Shown: positions 1 through 9,000 of the stretch, piece by piece
How the letters are laid out: each line of letters opens with the position of its first letter
Position numbering within the stretch: position 1 is the stretch's first letter
From: a virus
Taxonomy: Duplodnaviria; Caudoviricetes
Virus record (IMG/VR): IMGVR_UViG_3300005432_000008
Coordinates: 1 to 32,487 of that record
Length of the DNA stretch: 32,487 nucleotides
Strand: one strand, 5' to 3'
Made by a program: the position numbers and the translations under genes
The notes under the pieces: model-generated
Told to the model about the DNA's origin: nothing
The model's database searches: none
What the model saw: only the letters and a program-made list of their open reading frames with translations

Positions 1-75
1 AGAAACAGTATCTTTGATTTTATCAAAATCGTTTTTATTCTTACCAAAAAAATCTGAAGGCTTCTTTAATGCCAC
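1..75 (-). CDS. 5' end of a hypothetical protein downstream of gp16 (MALKKPSDFFGKNKNDFDKIKDTVS..., runs off window)
   Basis: GTG at 75-73, open to position 1. Preceded by a GGAG Shine-Dalgarno-like motif and a late promoter box at 99-106. Translated by hand. Confidence 0.65.
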   Translation of the reverse strand, partial: MALKKPSDFFGKNKNDFDKIKDTVS

Positions 76-97
76 GTTTAATATAACTCCGTCTCTA

Positions 98-520
98 TTA
101 TTTATTCTCCTCTTTTACGCCCTGTTTTAGCATCTTAGCAAGTTCTGCTGTAGAACCAACAAATAATGCATTATTGACAGTAGAGGGCCCGCGAGATTGT
201 TTTTCTTCCTCAACATCCTTCAATTTTTTCTGAAGATCCATTAATTTATCTGTAGCGTCAGCAACATTTTTAATCAATTGACCTGCAACTTCATATGCTC
301 TAGGCATTTCACTTTCTTGTGCAAGTTCTAAAATACCATTGATTGCTTCTTGCCCCTTTTCAATTATACTATAAAGATTGCCTCGCGTGTAGTCATAATC
401 TTTTTTGATGTCATCTGAGGTTTCTTTTACTTTTTGAATTTTAGCATTAACAACTTCAGGTTGCACAATATCCCCTTTGATATTGAATTCATCATTTAAA
501 CTATCAAACTTATTTGTCAT
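98..520 (-). CDS. gp16: Terminase small subunit (T4 gp16-like)
   Basis: Motifs DYDYTRGNLY, ESEMPRAYEVAGQLIK and NNALFVGSTAEL are typical of T4-like small terminases. Directly downstream of gp15 with an ATGA overlap. Confidence 0.93.
   Translation of the reverse strand: MTNKFDSLNDEFNIKGDIVQPEVVNAKIQKVKETSDDIKKDYDYTRGNLYSIIEKGQEAINGILELAQESEMPRAYEVAGQLIKNVADATDKLMDLQKKLKDVEEEKQSRGPSTVNNALFVGSTAELAKMLKQGVKEENK
99..106 (-). promoter_or_regulatory. T4-type late promoter box (AATAAATA)
   Basis: Matches the T4 gp55 late consensus TATAAATA at 7/8. Overlaps the gp16 stop, about 24 nt upstream of the next start codon. Confidence 0.6.
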
Positions 521-1518
521 GTTATTGACCCACTAAATCCAAAGTCATCACCCTCTTCAATTAAGGAATTATCGGAAGCATTGACTACGTGTACCTCAGC
601 ACCCCTAAGGTGCTCTGTTGCAGTTGTTTTATCTTGTCCTCTTAAAACAGTTAGTTTATTATCTGTGATAGACTTAATAAATATACTCTCATCATCAATT
701 ACTATGTAAGACTTGGCGGTCAAACCACTTACACTCTCAACCTCAATCAACTTGGCAGTCTTAGTAGAGTCTACCGAAACTGTTGTAGCAGCATCACCCG
801 TATAATTTTTAATCGCTCTCGGCTCAGTAGAGTAACTGAGAGATCTTTGTGTATTTGCAGTATCTGTTCCAGTGAGATAACTGATAGTAGATTTCTTGAT
901 AATATCTTTGGTTGCGGATGTTGCCGGACCAAACATATATGTCTTTGCTGTAAATCTTAGGGTGTAAAGAAGAACCCTTCTAGTTGTAAAATCTCCGTCA
1001 TAATCATCCTGCATCGTAATATTTTCAAGGATGATAGGAATATCGCGTTTCTCTTGTATCACATCAACTAATTCAACAGTCAAATTATATGATGGTTGGA
1101 AGTACGGTAAAATTTGTTCTACAATTTGTAGAGCATCATCATTTAATTTGGACATAATGCTCAGTTCAAATTGCATATTATATGGAACTGGCATATATAC
1201 TTTTTTTGATTCAGATCCATCATTTGGATCTTTTACAGTATATTGTTGTGTTGTAGTTACCTTTCTTGAACCATCGTATGTTAATCCAGTAAACTCAAAT
1301 GACATTCTTGGCAATGTCATTGCTGTTGGTTTATTTAAATCTGGCGATTGCTCAAGTCTTGCCAGAAACTTTTGAGTGGGACCATAAGCCAAAGGAACTC
1401 TGATGGTATTGACTATATCATCAGAGGCATTAGTTTGTTTGATGGTTATAGAATTAAAAAGAGTACCAAAGGATATGATGGTCCTCCTTAAAATTTCGTT
1501 ATAAAAATATTCAAACAT
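517..1518 (-). CDS. gp15: Tail sheath stabilizer / tail completion protein (T4 gp15-like)
   Basis: N-terminal YFYNEILRRTIISFGTLFN, VPLAYGPTQKFLARL, LPRMSFE, PVPYN and QIVEQILPYFQP motifs. Lies between gp14 and gp16. Confidence 0.93.
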   Translation of the reverse strand: MFEYFYNEILRRTIISFGTLFNSITIKQTNASDDIVNTIRVPLAYGPTQKFLARLEQSPDLNKPTAMTLPRMSFEFTGLTYDGSRKVTTTQQYTVKDPNDGSESKKVYMPVPYNMQFELSIMSKLNDDALQIVEQILPYFQPSYNLTVELVDVIQEKRDIPIILENITMQDDYDGDFTTRRVLLYTLRFTAKTYMFGPATSATKDIIKKSTISYLTGTDTANTQRSLSYSTEPRAIKNYTGDAATTVSVDSTKTAKLIEVESVSGLTAKSYIVIDDESIFIKSITDNKLTVLRGQDKTTATEHLRGAEVHVVNASDNSLIEEGDDFGFSGSIT

Positions 1519-1558
1519 TTTTGATCCCTATGGAATTACTCTACAGTAAAAGTAACAT

Positions 1559-1565
1559 TATTTAG
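1559..1565 (-). promoter_or_regulatory. Late promoter box (CTAAATA) upstream of gp15
   Basis: TAAATA core overlapping the gp14 stop, about 40 nt upstream of the gp15 ATG. Confidence 0.55.
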
Positions 1566-4399
1566 GGAATACCGAATGGGTTCTGTTCGCTAAAGTCTAT
1601 GATAGAATCTGCTTCATTTTCTATAGATAGATTATCAGCAAAACCATCATCGGATGGATCGATATTAATCAACCTAAGATCGTAAGAGGCACCTGAAGTT
1701 GATCCAGTAATTGTTTCGCCCACAATAAATTCTCCAGTTACAGTTGCAACTTGAAGCACACTATCATCAGAATTCCAAATTCTAACTCTTCCGGTAGATC
1801 CACTTACAGATCCAGTTACAATTTCATTAAGTTGGAATGTTCCCGATCCAGTTGATTCGGATGCAGAAACGGTCACTTCTGGTTCTATTAAATATCCATA
1901 ACCAGCATCTAGAATATTTAAATGTGATATTGTTCCAGCTGTACTCACAGTTGCAATTCCTGTAGCAGTAGCAATACCAACAACTTCTTCAAGATAATTC
2001 TTCTCTGATACTTCATTAGAAATAGTTACAGTAGGAGGTGTCAAATATCCACCACCACCAAAAGTAACAGCAATTCCAGTTACAATACCACAATTCTCAA
2101 TACCAAATTCAAATACAGATGTAGCAATGCCAACATTTGTGGCAGACTCTGACATGGTTAGAGAATTAGACCCAATAGATTGTACAAAGATATCTGCAGG
2201 TATAAAGTTATATGGTTTGTTATATCCAACACTCATTCTTACTCTATCTCCTACAATAATATTAGTTGTAGTAATTCCAGTAATAACGCTAGATCCTATA
2301 CCAACAGTGCCCTCAGTCTTAACTGATGTGGATCTAATGGTTGCAATACCAAGTGCTCTAAAGTTTTCATCTGCTCCTCCAGGATTTGCTATAGAAATCG
2401 ATGGTGCGGTTAGATATCCAAATCCAATATTAGTTGTTGTAATTCCATTAACCACTCCAGCATCTGTAATAGTGACTGTAGCAGTTGCTCTAACTGGTGA
2501 TGGATTTCCACTGAAAGATATTACAGGTGCTGCAGTATATCCAAGACCAATGGTTGCTCCAGTACCAACACACCATGGATCTGTAGTGCTATTGAATCCA
2601 ACTGCTGTAACTATGCCTGATACTGGATGAATTGTTGCAATACCAACAGCAACCTGAGTAGGAGCATCTTGTCCAGATGAAGTCGATATGGCAACTGTTG
2701 GAGCAGTTGTATATGCTCTACCAGTTGTACTAAAGGCAATGGACCCCGGATTAACGGATGATCCGGCGATTCCAATTGTCGCAGATGCAAAGCTTGTTCC
2801 TGGGTGATCAATCACTACTATTGGAGCACTAGTATAGAATCTACCTCCCGTGGTAATTGCAAGGGAATTTATTACTCCCCCAAGTGCTCTTGTGACAGAA
2901 GTTACCATTACACGGAAGTTATTACTTCCGCTTCCACCCCTTGCTTCATAAAAATCATTGGATGGATTGGAACTTACTTCAAAGTCAATACCACCACTGA
3001 CAGTTGTAAATCCAGTTACACCACCACTTCCATTAACAGAATCAATGCGAATTACTGCATCTGTTCCTCCCATACTTACATTATTTGGAACCAAACTAAC
3101 TGTTTCATTTGCTTGATAACCACTACCAGCATTGGCTAGACTAACATTTTCTATAATTCCAGCTTGACTAGAGTTAGCAATAGTTGCAGTTGCTTGAGCA
3201 ACATTTCCTGTTCCCGTAGGTAATGCAAACGTAACTGTAGGTGCTGTTTTATAGAATACTCCACCAGTTGTTCCTCCTGGGAACAGGAATGCAGATGCAC
3301 CAATACTTATAGGGGCAGATACAATACTAACACCACCACCGACTACAGGACTGTCTAGGACTGCTGTAGCAGCAGCACCAACATGCTTTGGAGCAGATAT
3401 GGTAACTGTGGGTGAGGTTGTGTAACCAGACCCTCCTGAGGATATTGTAACTATTCCAACACCACCTGTTGTGGAAATACCTACTGTTGCTGCAGCACCA
3501 GTTCCACTATTAGAAACGAATCTAACACCAGGTGGGCTTGTATATCCACTACCTGAGTTTAAAATTTGAACCTGTTGAACAGATTGTGCTCCTGGATTTG
3601 CACTTTGATTACAAACATTAATCCCACCAATCATTATTGCAGTGGCAATGCCAGTAACTCCTGCAGCTGGAGCGGAGGATATTGCCACTCTAGGTGGAGC
3701 AAGATATCCACCGCCTCTATTTGTTAATCTAATAAATCTAATAGCTCCATCTACAAGACCAGCAGATGCAGTTGCAGTTGCAGCTGCACCAATTAAAGTA
3801 AGTCTTTGAGTGCTTCCAATAATCGTGGATATACCATCTTCAGTTAATCCATCAGATTCTCCACCAATTAAAACATCATCAATATCATCAATACCTGTGG
3901 CAATAACCTCATCTTCATATCTAAAGAGTTCGCATCTTAATTCATAAACATAATTTTTTTGTAGTTGATAAAATGGTTTTTCATGCTCAACAAATTTAAT
4001 CTCAAAAAGTCTATCCCCAAGAGGAAAATAAATTAAGTCTCCTTCTTTTGGTCTTGTCGATAATTTTATATTTTCTTCATTCTTCATCAAGGGAGAGATA
4101 TAACTTTCAAATCTTTCCTTTGAAATAATTAAATTTAATTCTTGTTCTTGCTGTATTCCAAACTTTGATAATATTGTTGTGTTATCATTATATCCTTCAA
4201 AGTTGTCTATGTAAGCCTCAATTGGATATGCATCGTCAAATTTAGATTGTATTACTTCCCTAATAATTGTTTTTTCAGTTAAATACTTTCTTGGGAGATA
4301 ATGCACCTCAACACCATACATTCTCAATTGTTCATTGATAAGATCCTGTATTAAATTTTGTTCGGACCTTGCCCCTTGCTGAAAATATGGATTAAGCAT
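1562..4399 (-). CDS. gp14: Neck protein (T4 gp14-like) with a large internal Gly/Thr-rich repeat insertion
   Basis: N-terminal ~190 aa carry gp14 motifs (EQLRMYGVEVHYLPR, LSKFGI, RPKEGDLIYFP, FEIKFVEHEKPFYQL, YELRCELF). C-terminus IIDFSEQNPFG. Lies between gp13 and gp15. Confidence 0.9.
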   Translation of the reverse strand: MLNPYFQQGARSEQNLIQDLINEQLRMYGVEVHYLPRKYLTEKTIIREVIQSKFDDAYPIEAYIDNFEGYNDNTTILSKFGIQQEQELNLIISKERFESYISPLMKNEENIKLSTRPKEGDLIYFPLGDRLFEIKFVEHEKPFYQLQKNYVYELRCELFRYEDEVIATGIDDIDDVLIGGESDGLTEDGISTIIGSTQRLTLIGAAATATASAGLVDGAIRFIRLTNRGGGYLAPPRVAISSAPAAGVTGIATAIMIGGINVCNQSANPGAQSVQQVQILNSGSGYTSPPGVRFVSNSGTGAAATVGISTTGGVGIVTISSGGSGYTTSPTVTISAPKHVGAAATAVLDSPVVGGGVSIVSAPISIGASAFLFPGGTTGGVFYKTAPTVTFALPTGTGNVAQATATIANSSQAGIIENVSLANAGSGYQANETVSLVPNNVSMGGTDAVIRIDSVNGSGGVTGFTTVSGGIDFEVSSNPSNDFYEARGGSGSNNFRVMVTSVTRALGGVINSLAITTGGRFYTSAPIVVIDHPGTSFASATIGIAGSSVNPGSIAFSTTGRAYTTAPTVAISTSSGQDAPTQVAVGIATIHPVSGIVTAVGFNSTTDPWCVGTGATIGLGYTAAPVISFSGNPSPVRATATVTITDAGVVNGITTTNIGFGYLTAPSISIANPGGADENFRALGIATIRSTSVKTEGTVGIGSSVITGITTTNIIVGDRVRMSVGYNKPYNFIPADIFVQSIGSNSLTMSESATNVGIATSVFEFGIENCGIVTGIAVTFGGGGYLTPPTVTISNEVSEKNYLEEVVGIATATGIATVSTAGTISHLNILDAGYGYLIEPEVTVSASESTGSGTFQLNEIVTGSVSGSTGRVRIWNSDDSVLQVATVTGEFIVGETITGSTSGASYDLRLINIDPSDDGFADNLSIENEADSIIDFSEQNPFGIP
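1860..3780 (-). repeat. About 11 degenerate protein-level repeats (GxGY-x2-3-P-x-V-x-I) within gp14
   Basis: NRGGGYLAPPRVAIS, NSGSGYTSPPGVRF, SGGSGYTTSPTVTIS, TGGVFYKTAPTVTF, NAGSGYQANETVSL, TGGRFYTSAPIVVI, TTGRAYTTAPTVAIS, TIGLGYTAAPVISFS, NIGFGYLTAPSISIA, FGGGGYLTPPTVTIS, DAGYGYLIEPEVTVS. Confidence 0.85.
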
Positions 4400-4403
4400 A
4401 AGA

Positions 4404-5249
4404 TTAACCGATCATGTCAAGTGGTGGGAGTTCATAAGTGTTTGACATAATCTCTCTAATAACATCTAGTTCTTTTTGAGCGTCATCGTATATTTGTCTA
4501 CCATTCAATTCAATTCCACCGGGAAGTTTGACACCCTGAAATTTTAATAAGTTTTGCCCCCACTGCCGTTTAATAAGTTGAGTGACATATCTCTTAAGAA
4601 ATGAATCATTCCAAACCCTAGTAAATGTGTTTGGATCTAACAATCTGTAACAATCAATAATAAGATAATCATCCTTTGTAACATCTCCCCAATCAACATC
4701 TAGGTAGAGTCTGTCCTGTCTTTGATTAAATCTTATTTGCTTTTCAGTGTTTAATGCAAAGTCCATATCTTCAAGATATCTCTTTGTCATGGCATATGTC
4801 AATATCTCAGTAGAACTGAAATAGTACATGTCATTTAAGAACATCTGATATTTCACACTGAACATATTATTGGTCACAGTTTGTGAACCATCATATCTGA
4901 ATATTTTGTTTATTCCAATAACTTGTGGGGGAACTTGAAGATAGTTGCTATTTTCTTCAAAAGAAAATGTAACTGTAGATCCATCTATAGTTGAATCGGC
5001 AGTTGTTGTTACAATACCAACAGTCTTATTATCCCCTCTAGTCCTTCCTCTATCAATATCTCCTTGGGTTATTTTATATTTCAAGTATGTCTGAACCACA
5101 CCATCAAAATGTCTTTCATGAAAATATTGAAGGGCATCATCTATTAGGTCATCAATTTGCTCATCAGCAACATTGATTTCTAAAACTGGTGCTCCCAGTT
5201 GCCTCTTACAATAGTTTATTAGGTCAGACCTACTTGCTGGTTGAGCCAT
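4404..5249 (-). CDS. gp13: Neck protein (T4 gp13-like)
   Basis: LINYCKRQLGAPVLEINVADEQIDDLIDDALQYF, HFDG and IKRQWGQNLLKFQGVKLPGGIELNGRQIY are hallmark gp13 motifs. Confidence 0.94.
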   Translation of the reverse strand: MAQPASRSDLINYCKRQLGAPVLEINVADEQIDDLIDDALQYFHERHFDGVVQTYLKYKITQGDIDRGRTRGDNKTVGIVTTTADSTIDGSTVTFSFEENSNYLQVPPQVIGINKIFRYDGSQTVTNNMFSVKYQMFLNDMYYFSSTEILTYAMTKRYLEDMDFALNTEKQIRFNQRQDRLYLDVDWGDVTKDDYLIIDCYRLLDPNTFTRVWNDSFLKRYVTQLIKRQWGQNLLKFQGVKLPGGIELNGRQIYDDAQKELDVIREIMSNTYELPPLDMIG

Positions 5250-5271
5250 GTATACACTAATTCCTTAATTG

Positions 5272-5278
5272 TATTTAG
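5272..5278 (-). promoter_or_regulatory. Late promoter box (CTAAATA) upstream of gp13
   Basis: Sits in the 31-nt intergenic gap, followed by AAGGA and the ATG at 5249. Confidence 0.6.
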
Positions 5279-5280
5279 GT

Positions 5281-5661
5281 TCAGGATGAAATTGTATTAA
5301 ATACATTTACGTTTCCACGAACCAATGGATATGTGGAAGATCCAACTGTCACAAGAACATCATAAACATATCTACCTTCAGTTAAAGCACTAGTTTCAGT
5401 GTCTGTAAGAGATATTTTCATTTTCCCATCATAAGCACTGGTAAATCCAACTGTAAATGTATCGGTAGCTCCAAGAGTAGCACCAACAGCAACACTTTTT
5501 GCTATGGCACCTGCACCTGAATATCCTGTTAAATCAAAAGCCGCGTTTGAAGTGGTTTTTACATTAAACGTAGTTGAAAAATCTGTTCCACCATAGATGC
5601 TTAAATTTGCTCCATATGGAACTCCAGAATCAGGATCAAAAGTTACGTTTTTAGTTGCCAT
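5281..5661 (-). CDS. Small putative virion structural protein (beta-sandwich, BppU N-terminal-like)
   Basis: Pattern NLSIYGGTDFSTTF...FDLTGY...G.MKISLTDTETSAL..GRYVYDVLV resembles phage adaptor Ig-like domains. Coupled within the structural operon. Confidence 0.7.
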   Translation of the reverse strand: MATKNVTFDPDSGVPYGANLSIYGGTDFSTTFNVKTTSNAAFDLTGYSGAGAIAKSVAVGATLGATDTFTVGFTSAYDGKMKISLTDTETSALTEGRYVYDVLVTVGSSTYPLVRGNVNVFNTISS

Positions 5662-5833
5662 TTGCTAAACCCATTACTTGCATTGTTTCCTGCTGTTTAT
5701 AATAAAGTTTACAGAAACACTTAGCAATATTTCTAAGTTCTTCGATATCATCACAACTATCTATTTCACCGGACAACTTGGTATATTCAAAACTCTTAGA
5801 AAGATTATCTAAACTTATATCATTTGGGTCCAT
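5651..5833 (-). CDS. 60-aa helical microprotein, tentatively NblA-like (phycobilisome degradation adaptor)
   Basis: Overlaps both neighbours and follows a GGAG SD. Size and two-helix pattern (LDNLSKSFEYTKLSGEIDSCDDIEELRNIAKCFCKLYYKQQE) resemble NblA. The ORF is well supported; the function is tentative. Confidence 0.5.
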   Translation of the reverse strand: MDPNDISLDNLSKSFEYTKLSGEIDSCDDIEELRNIAKCFCKLYYKQQETMQVMGLANGN

Positions 5834-6044
5834 TGATTAACTCCTTTAATAGTGACTTAATTTCGGAAATATCCTCTTTAAGATTAGCAACTTCTTCTTC
5901 AATATTCTGTACCTTTTGATGCTCTTTATTTTTTACTTTACGTCTCTCAACGTATTTTTCATGGTCTAAAGAGTTTAGATTCAATATGGCACCAGTTTGT
6001 GGATCTCTTGCAAGATCCACATGACCTTTAACTTTATACATCAT
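5820..6044 (-). CDS. Hypothetical protein with C-terminal coiled coil
   Basis: ATGA overlap with the upstream structural gene. N-terminal KVKGHVDLARDPQTGAILN and heptad-like VANLKEDISEIKSLLKELI. Confidence 0.8.
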   Translation of the reverse strand: MMYKVKGHVDLARDPQTGAILNLNSLDHEKYVERRKVKNKEHQKVQNIEEEVANLKEDISEIKSLLKELINGPK

Positions 6045-9000
6045 GCTAGGGCTAGAACTCTTAAGTTTTTAAATCTAGGTACATATGTTTGCGAATTTCC
6101 AAGTAATAAAACTTTAATTCTATAGCACTTAAATGTTGGTAATTGATCTATACTAAAGGTATGCTCCTTAAATTCAATTTGAGTGGACTCAAATCCATAT
6201 GTAGGAGTTTTAGATACAAAGGAATCTGGTGTGCCATCATTATTAGCGATATCAATAATTTGACCCTTAGAATTTAAATTTTTATATCCTGGGAAAGGAA
6301 CAAAAATAGGATTAAATCCATCTTTGTTGCTAATAGCATATAATACTCTAATATCACAGAAATCATTGATATGAGCATCTAAAATAACTTTTAAGGAAGT
6401 TGCAGGATTTTCCAGTTTTATTTCCTTAGAAATATACTGGCAAGCACTTGGATCTGTCAAGATTTGTTTCACTCTAGCATCGGTAGTAATATCCTCAATT
6501 TGATTATCAACTCTATTAGTAGTAAGGATAGCACTAACTCTTTGACCATCAACTACTGGAGAAATGCGTGAATCTGTTGTAACTAGATTCACATTCATCT
6601 GCATGGATTTAGCACCCTCAATAGATGATAACTTAGCATCTTCATTAACTTTAGAAGCAATTAATCTTGTGCTATTCAAATAATTTGGAATATTTGGAAC
6701 AATATCCTCAAATTCATTACTAACAAAAGCAATTTCATTACCACTCAAACTTTGACCCGTTATAGTTCTAGCTTCTGCACTAATGGATGTACCTCTTGTA
6801 GTTACATTATGAATAATTGGAGTAATAACTTCAAAGGGCATATTTTGAGATGCCTTAATATTTGATCCTCCAAAGTTTCCTGTAATACCCATAGAAAGTT
6901 TGGGGAATCCAGAAGTATCAACACTTCTATCATCATTGGAAGCGTTGAATTTCTCAGACATGTCAAGTTTAATATTGTAAGAATCAAACGTTACAGAACT
7001 TCCAATAGAAACATCATTTAGGTCATGAGTTTTATTAATCCTGTGAAGATTAACTCCACCCATTTCATACTTATAAACTAATGTTCCTGCTGGATATGTG
7101 ACAGGATTATTTCCTCTAGTAATACTTCCACCAATAACGTTACCATCAACACTTGTATATTCAATAATCTCATCACCAATCTGCAGATATCCAGTATTTG
7201 TGGTTCCTACACTAACATTCTCAAAAGTGGAGAATTTAGATGCATCCAGCACAGAAATACCTGCTGTGGAATTTGCTGAATAAGCAGCAGATAATTTGGT
7301 TGGTTTAATATCGGAACGAGTGCCAGATATCTTTACTTTATTATCAGGGAAATACATTCCATGATTCTGATGTAAAACCTTAATATGAAGTCCATCAGAA
7401 ATTTCAGTGATGGTGTCAATTGTAACATCTCCGCCAGGTGCGGCAGGTAAATTATTATTCAGAGTTCTAGCAATACCAACACTATCAAAGTAATTGATAA
7501 CACCAACACCGGCACCTATTTTAAACTCACCCTGAACATTATCAAAAATAAGTTCACTAGTTTTACCAATGCCAGAAACAGTGAGTCTTACATTTCTACC
7601 AACTGATGCATCACCAATTGTATCAATTCCAACAACATCACCCGTTTGATATCCATTACCACCAGATCCAGTAACAACCACTGAATTAACTACACCGTTA
7701 GCGACACCTACAGTTGCCTGAGCACCTCTGCCACTTCCAGAGAGGGTCACAAGATTAACTCCAGTAAATGTAAACGATCCATCAGTTGGGGTTAATCCAA
7801 TACCTGCATTAGAAATCGTCAGGCCCGTTCTTTCAATAGTACCAGCAACACCAATCAAGGTAGCACTAGCATTAGATGGGTTTATAGTTCCAATACCCTG
7901 GAAGAATGTGTTACCTATTTCATAGTTTGCATCTTGAACTGTGGTGCCAAGTCCAACTCTAATTTTTTTAGATGAGACAACAAGAGAATCGGGTTGAAGA
8001 ACTGGTATTTGTCTATTACCTTCTGTCAGTTCTGGACTATAAAAATTAATAGTGCCAGATTCAATAAAGTCTGCTCGATACATGATAAATTTAAGATCCT
8101 CCCATTGGCTTGGTTCCCAAGTAGAAGCATTCTGAGATTTAAACAGTGATCCAAGATATGGTTGGTTAGAAATAAATGCATCAGTTAGAAGATCATTTTC
8201 ACCAATTCTTGATATATACACACTGTATTTCGTGGAGTTAGATGCAAGTGCAATTGCATATTCCCCTCCACCCTCTAAGAAAACAGGTGCTTTGAATTGA
8301 ATTGTCGTGGCAACTGATCCATCATTAGAGACTTCAATATCTGAAGGATCAAGAACGATTTCAGAGAAAGGTAGAATTTTCTGTGTTGGGAAACCATTCT
8401 CCATGGATCTCAGTTGGAATACCAAAGGAATATCCATGTCATCTTTTGTTCTAAAGAAAACATCGCACTTAGTAACGAACACTCCCGTATCTTCTTCAAC
8501 CAAGAATGATTGTGCCAAGGGATCATACCAACCAACAATAGTTTCTGTAGTTGTTGATGCAATTGTTTGAGATCCAACAACCTGAGTTCCAAGATTTGTA
8601 TTTACATTTCTCTCTTGGAATTCTTGTCTTCTTTCAATTCTTGCATTTCTAACAGAAATAATATTTTCTTGAACTGTTTCAAGTGTTCCAGAAGCAGTGT
8701 ATGTCTCCTCAGCAAGTGTTGTTGCTACATCTGGATCATTATCTTCATCATTAGTGAGGGTAAAAGTTTTAGTACCAGTTTCAAATCTTGGATGATTTGC
8801 ATTATTTGGATTTGGAATAAAGAAACTACCCGTCAAATTTGCAGCAAGGTCAGTAACAAGTCTATGATTTGTTACAACTGCTTCTGCACCACTTGTGGAT
8901 CCTCTGAGAACCATTCCCTCTGCAATAAGACCAAAATATTCTCCTTGAGGCTCATTAGATAATGCAAATGTGTCAACATTTAAAATTGATGAGGTTGCAG

